A stretch of 64,000 nucleotides of DNA from Chrysomallon squamiferum (Eukaryota > Animalia > Mollusca), in the NCBI GenBank assembly GCA_012295275.1, contig CM022679.1, positions 29,574,001 through 29,638,000 on the forward strand, given 5' to 3'. A model generated the notes under the pieces. It saw only the letters and a program-made list of their open reading frames with translations. It had not been told where the DNA came from and searched no databases. The position numbers and the translations under genes were made by a program. Of this stretch, positions 51,747 to 64,000 are shown piece after piece. The first letter of the stretch is position 1. Each line of letters begins with the position of its first letter.

Positions 51747-52463
51747 GTTAGAACATTTATCCTGTCATTAAATTTTGATTACTATGTCTTATACTCTATT
51801 TATTTATGTTCATACTTTTTTACTTACAAAGCTCCTTTTGATATAATGTGAAAACGTTTTTGGGTCTAATTTATATTTATTTTTTACTGCCTTCTTGAAA
51901 GTTCTTCATTCATGTTCGTCGCTTCGAAAAGGACATAACAAAATGATTGTAATTTATAATATATATATCGGGGTATAATTGTGATGTTTGTAAATATCAT
52001 TATCATTAAATATAATATATATTCAGGTTTGTATTTACAACAAGATTATACGTTTTACTATTGCAGACACTTGTAATATAATAATATTAACCAGCGTGTG
52101 AAAACATGAGAATGGATTTGGACAATTTAAATGTTAAAATTATACTTTTCATAGGAGCTTGATTAGTATTAATTTAATCAGTTGTATTAAAAGTCAAATA
52201 ATCGATACAGTATGATAATCTTACTATAACAATTACTTCAAAATTTGATCCACAAAGGTTTTTTTTTATTTATAATTTTTTTTGTTAAAGTATATAAGCA
52301 AAATATTATTATTATCATTATTATTATTTTCTATGTATTCATTTTTTAAACTTTAACATAAATTCACTTTAAATTATTATTATATTTTTAATTTTTTAAA
52401 TATTTGTTTTATTTATATTAAAACAATTCCAAAAGTAAAACTTTATACTTGTAGACTCTCAAA

Positions 52464-52581
52464 ATGAGTTGGTGGGATGCTAGTGGATTTTCAAGTTTTG
52501 CCACACAAGTGGTGAAAACAGCACAGAAAAAAATTGACAAAGTTCTTGACATAGAAGGGCAAACAGATATATTGGAACCAG
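52464..52581 (+). CDS. TMF1: TATA element modulatory factor 1 (golgin TMF1), first coding exon
   Basis: MSWWDASGFSSFATQVVKTAQKKIDKVLDIEG matches the conserved TMF1 N-terminal motif (MSW..AS..SSFA......AQK.ID.VLDI); donor G|gtaaac. Confidence 0.93.
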
Positions 52582-52998
52582 GTAAACTATTTTATTGCCA
52601 GTATTAAACTCTAGGTTTATATATTTAATGGTTTATCAGATTTCTTTTTCAAAATACAGCTGAAATTTTCTAATATAAATTATAATATGTCACAACATTT
52701 CTTATATTATTGTATTTGATACGTTGTTTTCTTATTTCATTTTCATTTTATTTTTTACCATTCATTTTTAATTTGTTATTCTGATTTCATAGACAGCTTA
52801 ACTCAGTATTTATTTTCTTGAAAGAATTGGCAGCATCATTAGCCATACATCACATAAAATAAACAAATAAAACAAAATACAAATAAATTGAAAGCTAAAA
52901 ACAGATTTAGAAAACAGAAAACGGTTAATTAAAACTGTTTAATGAAAACAATTCAGTTAAGATAAAGATTTTTCAAAATATATTCCTTACACTTACAG

Positions 52999-55290
52999 CA
53001 TCAACTGTTGTTTCTGCAACTTCAGCTTCTAAACCAAAAAGTGAGGAGAAAGATTTCTGGAATGCTTGGCTACCAAAAGGAACTGTAGCATCCAGTGAAG
53101 AAGAGGAGGATGGGTCAGCTCTGGAATCAAAACTTGCCAGAGAATCTGCAGCCAGTCCAGTTCAGTCTGCGTTGTCGGAAAAAAGCAGTTTACTGCAAAA
53201 ACAAAAACCTGATAAAAAGACAGACACTCTTTTAGCTAAACCAAAAGAGAAGGAAGGAAAAGAGGATGAAAAGAAGGAAGAATCAATCAGCTGGAACTTT
53301 GGCTGGGGTGTTGGATCTGCAGATAAAGAAGGTAAACCAGAAACAAAATCATGGTCTGATTTCGATTTTAAAGACGCTGCGTCTAAAAGGAAAACAGCGA
53401 CACTGACTTCTAGAAGAGAATTAAAAAGTCCTCTTTCCTTAACGACTGAAGGAGTTCAAACCCAAAGTGAAAAGAAAGGAGGGACTGGAAAGGAGAAAAG
53501 ACTAGTGCCAAAGAAATCGCCAAGGACATCTTTGTCACCTTCAAGTTCTGTTTCTAGTTCCACTGAGGAAAAAGCCAGAGTTGATGCTGATTTTGCTGAA
53601 CAGTCCTTAACAGCCAGTGATCTTTCAGATTTACCAGGTTCAGTAAAAACTAGCATTCAAGACGAGAAGGATTTCCTTTCTCAAACAGATGCTTTACCTC
53701 CCAAAACAGATGATGTAGAAGGACATGATCTCATTCACTGTGATTCAGGAAAACAAACACTGCTGGAACATCAGGATGCTGCTGAGAATTCTGCAGATGA
53801 TGATGAGAAGCAGAAAAGAATGTCTGGTGGTGAAGTTCAGTCCCAAATTATGAATTTAAAAGACCAGAGTTTGCTCTCAGGACAAGAAAGTTCAGAAACA
53901 CTAGAAAGTACTGCAAACTCTAATACTGTGATAGTTGATAGCAACCAGGACTCTGAGAACAGTTTCAGTGAAATCTTCTTTGGAAACTTACATGATTCTT
54001 CATCTGCAGAACTAGTGCAGTTCAGTCATGTCTCTGAAGATAACACAGTTGATTCTAGTACACATGCTCAGAATGACAAATCAGTGTCTAATGAACCTGT
54101 TCAGGATGAACAACTAAAAATACAAGTGGATGGTTCTATGTCCATGTCTACTTCAGAGTCATCCATCTTGACTCTGTCAAGTCCTGGACAGGACGAGCAA
54201 GTCAACCAGCTGAATGTCCAAGAATCTATGATCAGATCTGCCGATTCAGATTATTTAAACATTTCTGGTAGTGGACCAGCAATGATTTCAGTTCAAAGTC
54301 TCAGTTCTGTTCAGAGTAATGTTTCCATACAGAGTTTCACATCTGACCAGAGTGTCACCTCAGTGAAAGAACTTGCTGACAGCTCTCCTGAAACTGAATC
54401 TGCCAGTAGATCCATTTCAGCTGAGGTAGCTAAAAGTTGTGATGAAACTGAAATTGTTGAAAAGTCTGATGCCCCAGATGACACTGATGTACCTCAGATT
54501 TCTGATAGTAGTGATGTAGCTCAAGTTGTTGAAAGTGATGATGTACAGAAAGATGTTGAAGTAATTCATTCTACTGATGTCAGCGATGTGGCTCAAGTCA
54601 GTGATATTCCTGACAAAGCAGCAGCTTCTGACAGCGAAGATGCTACTCGGGATGGTGATGATTCAAATACTTCTCAAACTGCCGACAGGTCTGCTGCAGA
54701 TGAGTCTGGTGTCAAAGAAACACTGGAACACACAGATGTCGAGAACGACTCATCAGATACCAGCAAACTGGACAGCAGTATGGACACATGTACATCAGGT
54801 GACACAGTCCTGGAGAAAACCGGGCACGCAGAGGACAGTGGAAGTGAGAACGAGAAAGGAGAGGGCAGTTTGCCTTGCGTCTCCCTGAACGGATCTTATG
54901 TCAAGTGCATGCTGGAAGAGGCGATGGAGGAGAAACCAGAAGACTCGGGTAGTGATCATCATTCAAGTGGCGAAAAATCCGAAAGTTCCAAGTTTGAATC
55001 CGAGGGAGACAAAAGTGTAAGTGGACACGAGTCTAGTGATGAAATTGAAACTACCACTTCATCAGATATTGAAATAATATCCACACCAAATGGTGAGTCG
55101 TATGTCAAACCATTCGATTTGTCACCTCTGAGAATTGCTCTGCAGAAAACAGCAGGTCATGGTGGACATGCCCACAGACGAACAGACAGTCAGTCCAGTG
55201 GGAGTACGTACAGCAAGACTGGGGAGAGTGATCAGATGAGTCCAGGCAGAGACAGTCTGGAACGACAGGACCAGGAGTCAGGAGACGAAG
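52999..55290 (+). CDS. TMF1: TMF1 large exon (2292 nt, Ser/Asp/Glu-rich disordered region)
   Basis: tacag|CA phase 1, uninterrupted frame (includes the 709-aa ORF), TMF1-type motif ETTTSSDIEII, donor G|gtaaac. Confidence 0.92.
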
Positions 55291-55825
55291 GTAAACAGTA
55301 ACTTTATAGTCAGCTGATTGATGAATAAAAACTTTATAATCAGCTGATCCATAAATAATAACTTTATAATCAGCTGGTCAATAAATAACTTAATAATCCG
55401 TTGATCAATAAATAATAACTTTATAATAAGTTAATAGATTAATAATAACTTTATAATCAGCTTAATAAATGATAACTTTATAGTCAGCTGATAAATAAAT
55501 CACTTAATAATCAGTTGATCAATAAATAATAACTTTATAATCAGCTGGTCAATAAATAACTTAATAATCAGTTGATCAATAAATAATAACTTTATAATTT
55601 ATAGTCAATAATGATCAATAAAAATGATAACTTTATAGTCATAAATGATCAATAAATAATAACTTTATAGTCAGCTGATCAATAAATAAATAATCTTTGA
55701 TCAATAAATAATCAGTTGATAAATAAATAATAATCTTGTAATCAGCTAATAAATAAATAATAACTTTATAATAATCAAACACATAAATAATAACGTTATT
55801 ATCAGTTGATGAATAAATAATAACT
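55291..55825. repeat. ~26-29-bp AT-rich minisatellite starting at the donor of the TMF1 large exon
   Basis: Recurrent TAACTTTATAATCAGCTGATCAATAAATAA variants. Confidence 0.93.
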
Positions 55826-56295
55826 AATTTAACAAATCCTTCAGAAGTAATAAAAATTACTGAATATCTTGAAAAGTTTCCATATTTTTTTACAAAACAT
55901 AAAAACGTTTAATTTTAATTTTAATTTTTTAATGGATCATTTTCTGTACATTTATATAAATCATCAGTTTTAAATCATACAGTTTGCTATTTATTTCCTA
56001 AAGTCATTGTATGATATCATCACTGAATTTGATTTCTAAATATGTTAGTATCTGAAAACAGTAAGTTAGGTAATCTTTTATTATATGACTCTAAACCAGA
56101 CCGAAATTATCAGCAAACTGTAGGATTTTATGGATTTCTGATAATTTCTGAAAAAAATATAGTATCATTATTATACCAGAAAAATTATGGAAATATAATT
56201 TGTTTTCATTTATCCCATGTGTTATTTCGTTCATGAAACCAAAAACAAATTTTATCAGATTTTTAGCTATGTGAGAAAACAAAATAACAATAACA

Positions 56296-56354
<59 letters not shown>

Positions 56355-56512
56355 TAACAAATATAACAATAAATTTAAAATTATACAAACAACACATAAA
56401 GATTACTAAAACTAAAAAAAAAAAATTCTGAAAATTATAATCAAATTTCATATTCCCAAATATCTGTTTCATTTCATCATTATCATTGATATTGTTGTTG
56501 TTGTTGTTGCAG

Positions 56513-56589
56513 AGAGGAGTACATCAGAGCTGCATGCAGTGTATGAAGAGGATTCCAACAGCCCTTACCACCCCCAGAAACTGCTACAG
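56513..56589 (+). CDS. TMF1: TMF1 exon
   Basis: tgcag|AG ... CAG|gttagt; ERSTSELHAVYEEDSNSPYHPQKLLQ; phase 1 to 0 links the large exon to the coiled-coil exon. Confidence 0.85.
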
Positions 56590-57590
56590 GTTAGTGAGGG
56601 AAATGTAATATATCTGTCGGTGCTTGATGCTCTGTTTGCTATGCAGATGTAAAATTGATTAATGCTTACAAAAGCTGTCCTTGATTCTGACTTCAAATTC
56701 GTGGGAATTAAAACAGCAATAATAAGAATTTGTTAGTGTCCCGAATTTGAGTCAGTATTCTTGAGCTAATGCTGGTGCTTCTAAAACCCTTGAATGGTTT
56801 TACTGCTATGAAAATCCCATGCTTTTCCTTTTAATTATTTAGTTATGGAGTTAATTAGAGAGTAGACAGTTTCAGAATGTAGATTTTGAATGAAAATGAT
56901 CCTGTGGTGTCACTGCATGTAAAACTTCCGTACTGCATGGTTTGTAGTTTAATATTCGTGGATTTCTTAAAACTAATAACAAGTGTTTCGTTTATCATGT
57001 CAAAATGATGTTATTTCAATTATGAATTTTTGCATGTCTAATACTTGTGAAAAACTTGTATGATTGTCATCATAGAGTTCAGATTTGAAATATTTAATAA
57101 TAAACAGAAATTAAGTCCTATTATTTTCAGTTTGAGTCCAGGCTTTGTGCTCTGTTTTGTGTTCCTTTTTATCTGCTGTTTGTTTTGAAAACATTAAACA
57201 TTATCGGAAACTGGAACTGTTTTTGCAATGCACTGAAACCTGATTTCTGTTCAAAGAGTCATTTATAGACTAATATAGGTTTATTGTTTTTGCTAGTTTT
57301 AGTATATTACTTTTTGATTTATGAAAATTAAAAATGAGCAAAGTCAGTTGTGTTTAAATAAAACCAGGTTTTGTGGTTTTAATATCAGGATCTTGAACTG
57401 AATTTTCTATATTTTTATGTTACTATTAGTGTTGTTATAATCCATCAGTATGTTTTTATTGTTTGTTTATTTAGATGGAGACTTTTTTTTAATTTACAGT
57501 ATTAATACTTTTAAATAGTTTGCTTTTTATATATCATTATCAAGCTTTTTAAAAGCTTCTTATAATTAATATAAATATATTTGTCTGTGT

Positions 57591-57624
<34 letters not shown>

Positions 57625-59207
57625 TTTTATTAAATAATAATAATAAAACTGATAAAATAGTAATTATTTAAAATAAATAAATAAAGCTATTTACTAAGAT
57701 CGACTATTAGTTATATACTGTTCTTTTAAGTATTTTTTTTTTTTTTTTTACACTTAAAAAAAGAAAAGATGAAGGAAGGAATGAATGAATGAAAAGTAAA
57801 ACTCCTCCTTTTTTATAATTTCAAAAACATTCCTTTATATAATACTTAAAAATTCTAATAATAAAACTCAAGCTATCATACCTGTCTGCAGATTACTTTC
57901 AGACAAAAAATTCTAACACTATTCTGTTAAACAAAAATCAATATTTATTAAAGATAATACATTATTCTGACTGGAAATTATGCGATTAAAAAATAAACTT
58001 TTTAATTTCACTGTCTTAGGATAATAGTAGCATTTGTATTTAATCAAGTATCAGTAAAAATATTTAGGAGATATATGATAATTATGTGGGATTTATTTTA
58101 TTTTTTATTAGTTTGCATGCCTTACTGCATGCATTTTGGGCAGAATTGTCTGTCCGTGGTTTTAATGAATGATTTTTCTGACAACTAATTTGTTTAATGT
58201 TTTCACACATACACACAGACACACTTGCAGGTGCATGCATATTGAGGCATACACAGATACATATACACATATTTATACACGTATACAAAGGCATATGCAT
58301 ACAACACAGTAATATACAAACATCTACACACACAAAACACACACACACACACTCACAGATAAACACTTGAACATTAATGTTAAAAAATAAAAGAATGTGT
58401 GCTAAATTTATTGGAAGATTCGCAGTGAAACATCTAAATTTATCTGTGTCTTGAATATTACATCTAATTCCAAACTGTTTCACCGTAATTGGAAAGAGTA
58501 CAAACAAAGAATAAAATAAAATAAAATAAAATAAAATAAAATAAAATAAATAAAGTAAAATAAAATTTAAATGATTTATTAGAAAAACAGATTTTGACTC
58601 AGCAGTTGAGAATTTCTGTGACTTTGGAATATTAAATAAACATTTATGCCTTGGAAATCATTTCTTAGTGTAATCTGCATGTGGTAACTGGTGTCAAAAA
58701 TCTATAAATGTAAGCTATAATTAGCATGAGTGTAAAGTGTGTGTGTGTGTGTGTGTGTGTAAAAAAAATCAAATAACATTTTCATTTTTAAAATTCAAGA
58801 CAGGAGATATAATATGTTTGAAGAAATATATAAATAATATACAATAAAATGTATAAAATAAAACAACAAAGTAAAGACAAGACTAAAGCAACAACCAATA
58901 TAAACAGGTTTTTTATTTTTTTTGGGGGGTCTTTTAGCAGATACAGTTTTTTCATAATTTCTTTGTATATATAATCTGTCTGGTTTGAAAATCATATATG
59001 TTTTTTTTTTTTTTTTTTGAGATTCCTTTAGATTAGTACATTATGTGTGTCTGTGTGTCTTATTTTTTATTATTTATTTATTATTTCTAATTAGAATGTG
59101 GTAAATTGATTCACACTATATAAGATATATTACTTGCACTTTTGTGTGGGCTTTTTAAAGAAAATTAGATGACGCACCAAATGTAGAATTACTGCCAGTG
59201 CTAGTGT

Positions 59208-59253
<46 letters not shown>

Positions 59254-59738
59254 ACATTTGATATTTCCCTACTAACAATTTTACATTAAAAATATATCTA
59301 CTTAAAACTAGCCTAAAATTTGGTATAGTTAAAATTAGCTTAAAAAATCTTCAAAACTATTCATCTACTAAATAAATAAATCTGAATTAAGGAATATATT
59401 GAAATACATAGTCATATACTTCTAATAAATAAAGTAGAATGTGTATGAATTCCAAGCATAACTGTTAAGTTTAGATATATAATGTTAAAATTTAACTTAT
59501 GGTATTATAAGTGTAGGGCATAAATATAGTAGAAACATTTAAAATATTTATTGTCAAATACACTGTCACAAAATGACACGTGATTTCTATATAGGTTTTA
59601 ACTGATAATTTTCTGACTGTAAAAAATATTGCAAAGTTAATGAAATATTAACAGTTGTTTTCATTGATCTGGTATGTCTGTTTGTCCTCTGTGTGTGTGT
59701 GTGTGTGTGTGTGTTTTTGTGTGTGTGTCTGTCTGTCA

Positions 59739-59775
<37 letters not shown>

Positions 59776-59887
59776 TGTGTTGTGTTACACACATCTTACT
59801 AATAGCTAGAACTTGTCTGTTCCATGTTTTTAACTGCATGCCATGTTGAGATGTAGTCTGATGATTTCTGCATGTGTGACTTTTCAG

Positions 59888-59923
59888 TGTGTAGAGAAAC
59901 AGCAGCAACAGGACATCATAAAG
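59888..59923 (+). CDS. TMF1: Candidate 36-nt cassette exon of TMF1
   Basis: cttttcag|TGT ... AAG|gtaatt, phase 0-0, stop-free CVEKQQQQDIIK; two TGCATG motifs just upstream. Confidence 0.5.
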
Positions 59924-59989
59924 GTAATTTGTAGTTTGTAATTCACCATCCATCAGCTCACCTTGTCCCATTGCTTATTTGTATATGTC

Positions 59990-60320
59990 TGTTTATTTAT
60001 GTTTAAAAACTAAACCCTATTATGTTAAAGCAGTTATTTCTTTGTGTTAAAATCTAAAGTCTGTTAACATTAAAACAATTATTTCTTTATGTTATAATTT
60101 TTATTTATGTTTAAAAACTAAAATCTGTTACGTTAAAACAATTATTTCTTTATGTTATTATTTATTTGTCAGTAATTATTTTTATTTAGCTTTAAAACTA
60201 AAACTTACTATGTTCAAGCTTTTATTTATCAGATGTTATTTTTATTTGTGTTTAAAAACTAAAACTTGTTATCAAGCTATTATTTATTTATGTGTTGTTA
60301 TTCATATTTATGATTTAAGC
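59990..60320. repeat. Diverged AT-rich tandem repeat in TMF1 intron
   Basis: TTTATTTATGTTTAAAAACTAAAA..TGTTA variants recur about five times. Confidence 0.65.
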
Positions 60321-61038
60321 TGAATGTTGTATTAAAGCAAATTTCTTGATATAAAAAGATAAACTTTCTGCAGAAGCCATGACATATACCTTAATAATAA
60401 ACCTGTACATTTTAATAAATATTTACTGGAGAACTCTGCCAGATGCAGTTTTTCAATTTCTGTTCATAGATGTTAATTAGATTTTATTTTTCATTCCTTT
60501 CATTTACTCTTGGTTAATTATTTTCATTTACATTCATATTGGCTACCTCCCTTCATTATTTTCTTCAGTTTTGTTCATATTACCTCCCTTAGTGTGGAAA
60601 CTATATTTTTCATTCATATTAAGTTGATTAGTTGCCTTCAAAAATTAACTGAAAATTATTACCCCTTGATTGATTTTCATATATAATCATGTCCTGTGTG
60701 ATATATTTATATTATACCCCTTTAAGTAGATTAAAATTTATTTCCATTTTTGTGCTTTAGTTATCGGTTATTCTGCTTTGTTTTTCTATCTGTTTTTAAA
60801 AACTGTGTATGTGAATTTTCTTTAATTCCTTTAAACATGGTGACTTGGTTGTGTTCTTTTAAAAAGCATTTGATCAAAGCTTGAAATGTATTAATTAACA
60901 CCTGCCTCTTAACGCTGTGGTATGGTCCTGACATGTTTAAATATGTTAAATTGTTTCAGTGTTTTGTGTCTTCTTTATTATTTTTTATGATACACACATA
61001 CACTCATTACAACTGTTTAACACACAACATTCATACAT

Positions 61039-61129
<91 letters not shown>

Positions 61130-61247
61130 AGATAACCTCATTTTTTATTGTCATAATTAGTCATTATGTCAATTATATTTTTATCTTTTTGCAATCTTTT
61201 GTGTTGTTTTGTAATGTTTAGATATTGTTGGCATGAAAAAGTTACGT

Positions 61248-61290
<43 letters not shown>

Positions 61291-62837
61291 TTTTAACTTT
61301 ATATTTTTAAAATTGTTTTAAAATTTCTTTTTATTAAAAAAGTTGAATAGTTTGTAATACTGTTTTGTTGTGTTAAATAATTGTGTCAATGTTTTTATTA
61401 TATATTCAGATCTCAAGTGGGGTCTTTTTTTAACTGAGTAATGACTTCTCCCTACTAGTGTTAGTAGAAAAACATTTTCAATTTGAGGGAGAATGAAATG
61501 TTATTCTCAGTTTAGTTTTAAAAGATAATCATTTGAAACTGTTCAAACATTAACTTTACAAATTAAATTGAATATTTGTCTAAATCAGAAACAGTAATAA
61601 GAGGCTAAATTAACAAATACTAGCAATAGTCTGGATGTTATTTTCATTAAAGCTTTTATTATTCAGTAGAGGATATTTAATGTATTTCCTCTTGTTTTTA
61701 CAACAGCTTACATAAAATAACAATAATTGGTATTTTAATATATCCTCAGAAATAAATTAAAAATAATTTAAATAAACACATAAGAAAAAACACTAAAAGA
61801 TCTACTAAATACATCCTTTTTAACAATTTCATTTTCTGTTGAGTTTGCATTCCCCTTTTAACACTTTTTGTTTTATTATTTTGTTTAATAAATATTTTTG
61901 CCACAAAACATAATTGCTAGGACCTGGTTCCCATTTTCATTACAAACATTTTAAAAATAAAATATTAAAAAAATTATTTTAAACTTTAGGTTCAGTTATA
62001 TTTTTATACTTGAAATTGGAATATTAAATTGTATTTTCTGCCTTATCCCATTTAAGCTATGATCTTTGCAAGATGACCAGTTTATAAAAAGGCTGCTGAT
62101 AAAAGTTACTTTTAAAAAACAATACTTGCTTTATTAATACTCTTGAATATGCAGAAACACTCATATACACTCGATCAGGAAACTAAGAAATTCACAAAGA
62201 AAACTGTTCAAAGATTTTATTTTATTTTATTTATATATGGAAAATTACTTTCATTGTTTTGTCTTTTATTACATGTTTTCTCTTTATCCTGTTCCATTTT
62301 TGTTTGGGAACGATGTAAGATTCAAAAAGGCAAAAATACCCCCACATCAGGCTTACTGTCTTCTGTGAAAATTGTTTCATATATCCTCCTCTCATCAACA
62401 TTCTGTTTATTAATTCCCTTGAAAAGAATTGTACATGTGTTACCTCCCTTTAGTTTCATATGATATTAATTATCTTGATAAACTGTTACAGATGTGTTAT
62501 ATTATTGAAAATAATGACACATATATATTATTTTCATTTGTTTTATTTACTTTATCTTGGTAAATCAGTACAAATATGACATCACCCTTGAATTACATTC
62601 AAGTTAATTATCTCCCTTTACAGAGTTGTAGTTAAACTCCTTTCATTGCCATTAAAATCATAATACTTGAACTGCCAGCCCCAAAACCATATAGCCATGT
62701 AAATCTCATTGTGATTATGTCAAAACTGATTATTTAAAAAAAAAAAAAATAAAAAAAATTAAAAAAATATAATTTGAAAAGTATTAGATTTTTCTCACTT
62801 ACACATTAAGTGGAATTGTTTTAAAAACTGTTTTCAG

Positions 62838-62941
62838 AAACTGGCAGAGAAGGAGGAGATTCTGCAGCACAGAGAAAACAAGCTAGTTCAGCTGAGCAAG
62901 GAGAACAATGACCTGCTTGAAGCTAACAGCATTCTCAGAAA
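62838..62941 (+). CDS. TMF1: TMF1 exon, start of coiled coil
   Basis: ttcag|AAA ... AA|gtgagt; KLAEKEEILQHRENKLVQLSKENNDLLEANSILR. Confidence 0.92.
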
Positions 62942-63488
62942 GTGAGTAGAATTCTTAGAATATGAGCAGTTAGCAGTGTGAGTGCATTAACAGAGGTGGA
63001 ATAGCATTCTCAGAAAGTGAGTAGAATTCTTAGAATATGAGCAGTTAACCGTGCGAGTAGAGGAGGAATACATTCTTAGAAAGTGAGTAGAATTCTTAGC
63101 ATGTGAGCAGTCAGCAGTGCGAGTGCATTAACAGAGGTGGAATAGCATTCTCAGAAAGTGAGTAGAATTCTTAGAATGTGAGCAGTCAGCAGTGCGAGTG
63201 CATTAACAGAGGTGGAATAGCATTCTTAGAAAGTGAGTAGAATTCTTAGAATGTGAGCAGTCAGGTGGAAATAGCATTCTTAGAAAGTGAGTAGAATTCT
63301 TAGAATATGAGCAGTTAACAGTGTGAGTGCATTAACAGAGGTGGAATAGCATTCTCAGTTAACCGAACGAGTGCATTAACAGAGGTGGAATAGCATTCTC
63401 AGAAAGTGAGTAGAATTCTTAGAATATGAGCAGTTAACAGTGTGAGTGCATTAACAGAGGTGGAATAGCATTCTCAGAAAGTGAGTAG
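62928..63488. repeat. ~75-bp minisatellite spanning a TMF1 exon/intron junction
   Basis: Unit AGCATTCTCAGAAA|GTGAGTAGAATTCTTAGAATATGAGCAGTTA(G/A)CAGTGTGAGTGCATTAACAGAGGTGGAAT; eight AAA|GTGAGTAG copies. Confidence 0.95.
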
Positions 63489-63794
63489 TTGCTCTTTCAA
63501 AGTGACAGATTTTCCAAAGTGACTAATATATTTTATATAGATTATTAGGAGCATATACAAATACAGACATACACTAATATATGTACACCTATATGCATAT
63601 ACAAATATACACCTACATACATTTACATATAAACACATGATGTATAGGTATATGCAGACGCATACATAAACACATGCACATAACACACACTTATCTATCT
63701 TCACTTATATTTTATTTAATTTTGATAAATTTAAAAAAAAAAAAAAAAAATCAAATTTATTTTACATGGAGCTGATGATTGATTTGTCTTCCAG

Positions 63795-63912
63795 TCAGCT
63801 GCAGCAGCTTGAGGAGCTGAGGGAGACGGAGATGTCAGATCTGAACACACTCACTGATGAGTTCACCAAGAGACTGTCAGAAGCCGAACACAAGACTCTG
63901 ACAGTCATCAGG
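63795..63912 (+). CDS. TMF1: TMF1 exon, coiled coil (gene continues past the window)
   Basis: tccag|T phase 2 ... AGG|gtaatc; LTDEFTKRLSEAEHK resembles TMF1 L.DEFT.R..EAE.K. Confidence 0.92.
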
Positions 63913-64000
63913 GTAATCACTTACACAGAACTCTGACAGTCATCACAATAATTAGTTATACACAAAAAATTCTGACAGTCATCAGGTTAATTAGTTACAC
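63896..64000. repeat. ~35-39-bp tandem repeat spanning the next TMF1 exon/intron junction
   Basis: (C/T)TCTGACAGTCATCA at 63896, 63931 and 63970; truncated by the window end. Confidence 0.85.

Noticed and set aside
62928-63488. Array considered as a CRISPR-like locus
   Set aside because: No unique spacers, eukaryotic intron context, no cas genes; it is a minisatellite.

Overview
AT-rich, microsatellite-rich animal genomic DNA; a mollusc (gastropod) is inferred from gene style and a SINE relic, not proven. Bases 1-29.6 kb are non-coding and probably the long first intron or upstream region of the next gene. A + strand follistatin-like 4/5 gene (Kazal, EF-hand, two Ig domains, beta-propeller) has 14 traceable coding exons from 29623 to the stop at 39228. 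Its signal-peptide exon was not found, and its follistatin/Kazal exon is scrambled by a tandem repeat of the splice acceptor. A cluster of four intron-containing tRNA-Ile(TAT)-type genes lies at 45944-51453; one copy has a TAC (Val) anticodon and a damaged acceptor stem. A CpG-richer island inside the cluster holds a candidate spliced microprotein gene and a decayed ORF. The 5' part of TMF1 (+ strand; promoter ~51675, ATG 52464) runs off the window end. The most unusual pattern is a set of minisatellites whose unit spans an exon-intron junction, giving arrays of duplicated splice sites. All calls come from reading and hand translation; no database search was run.
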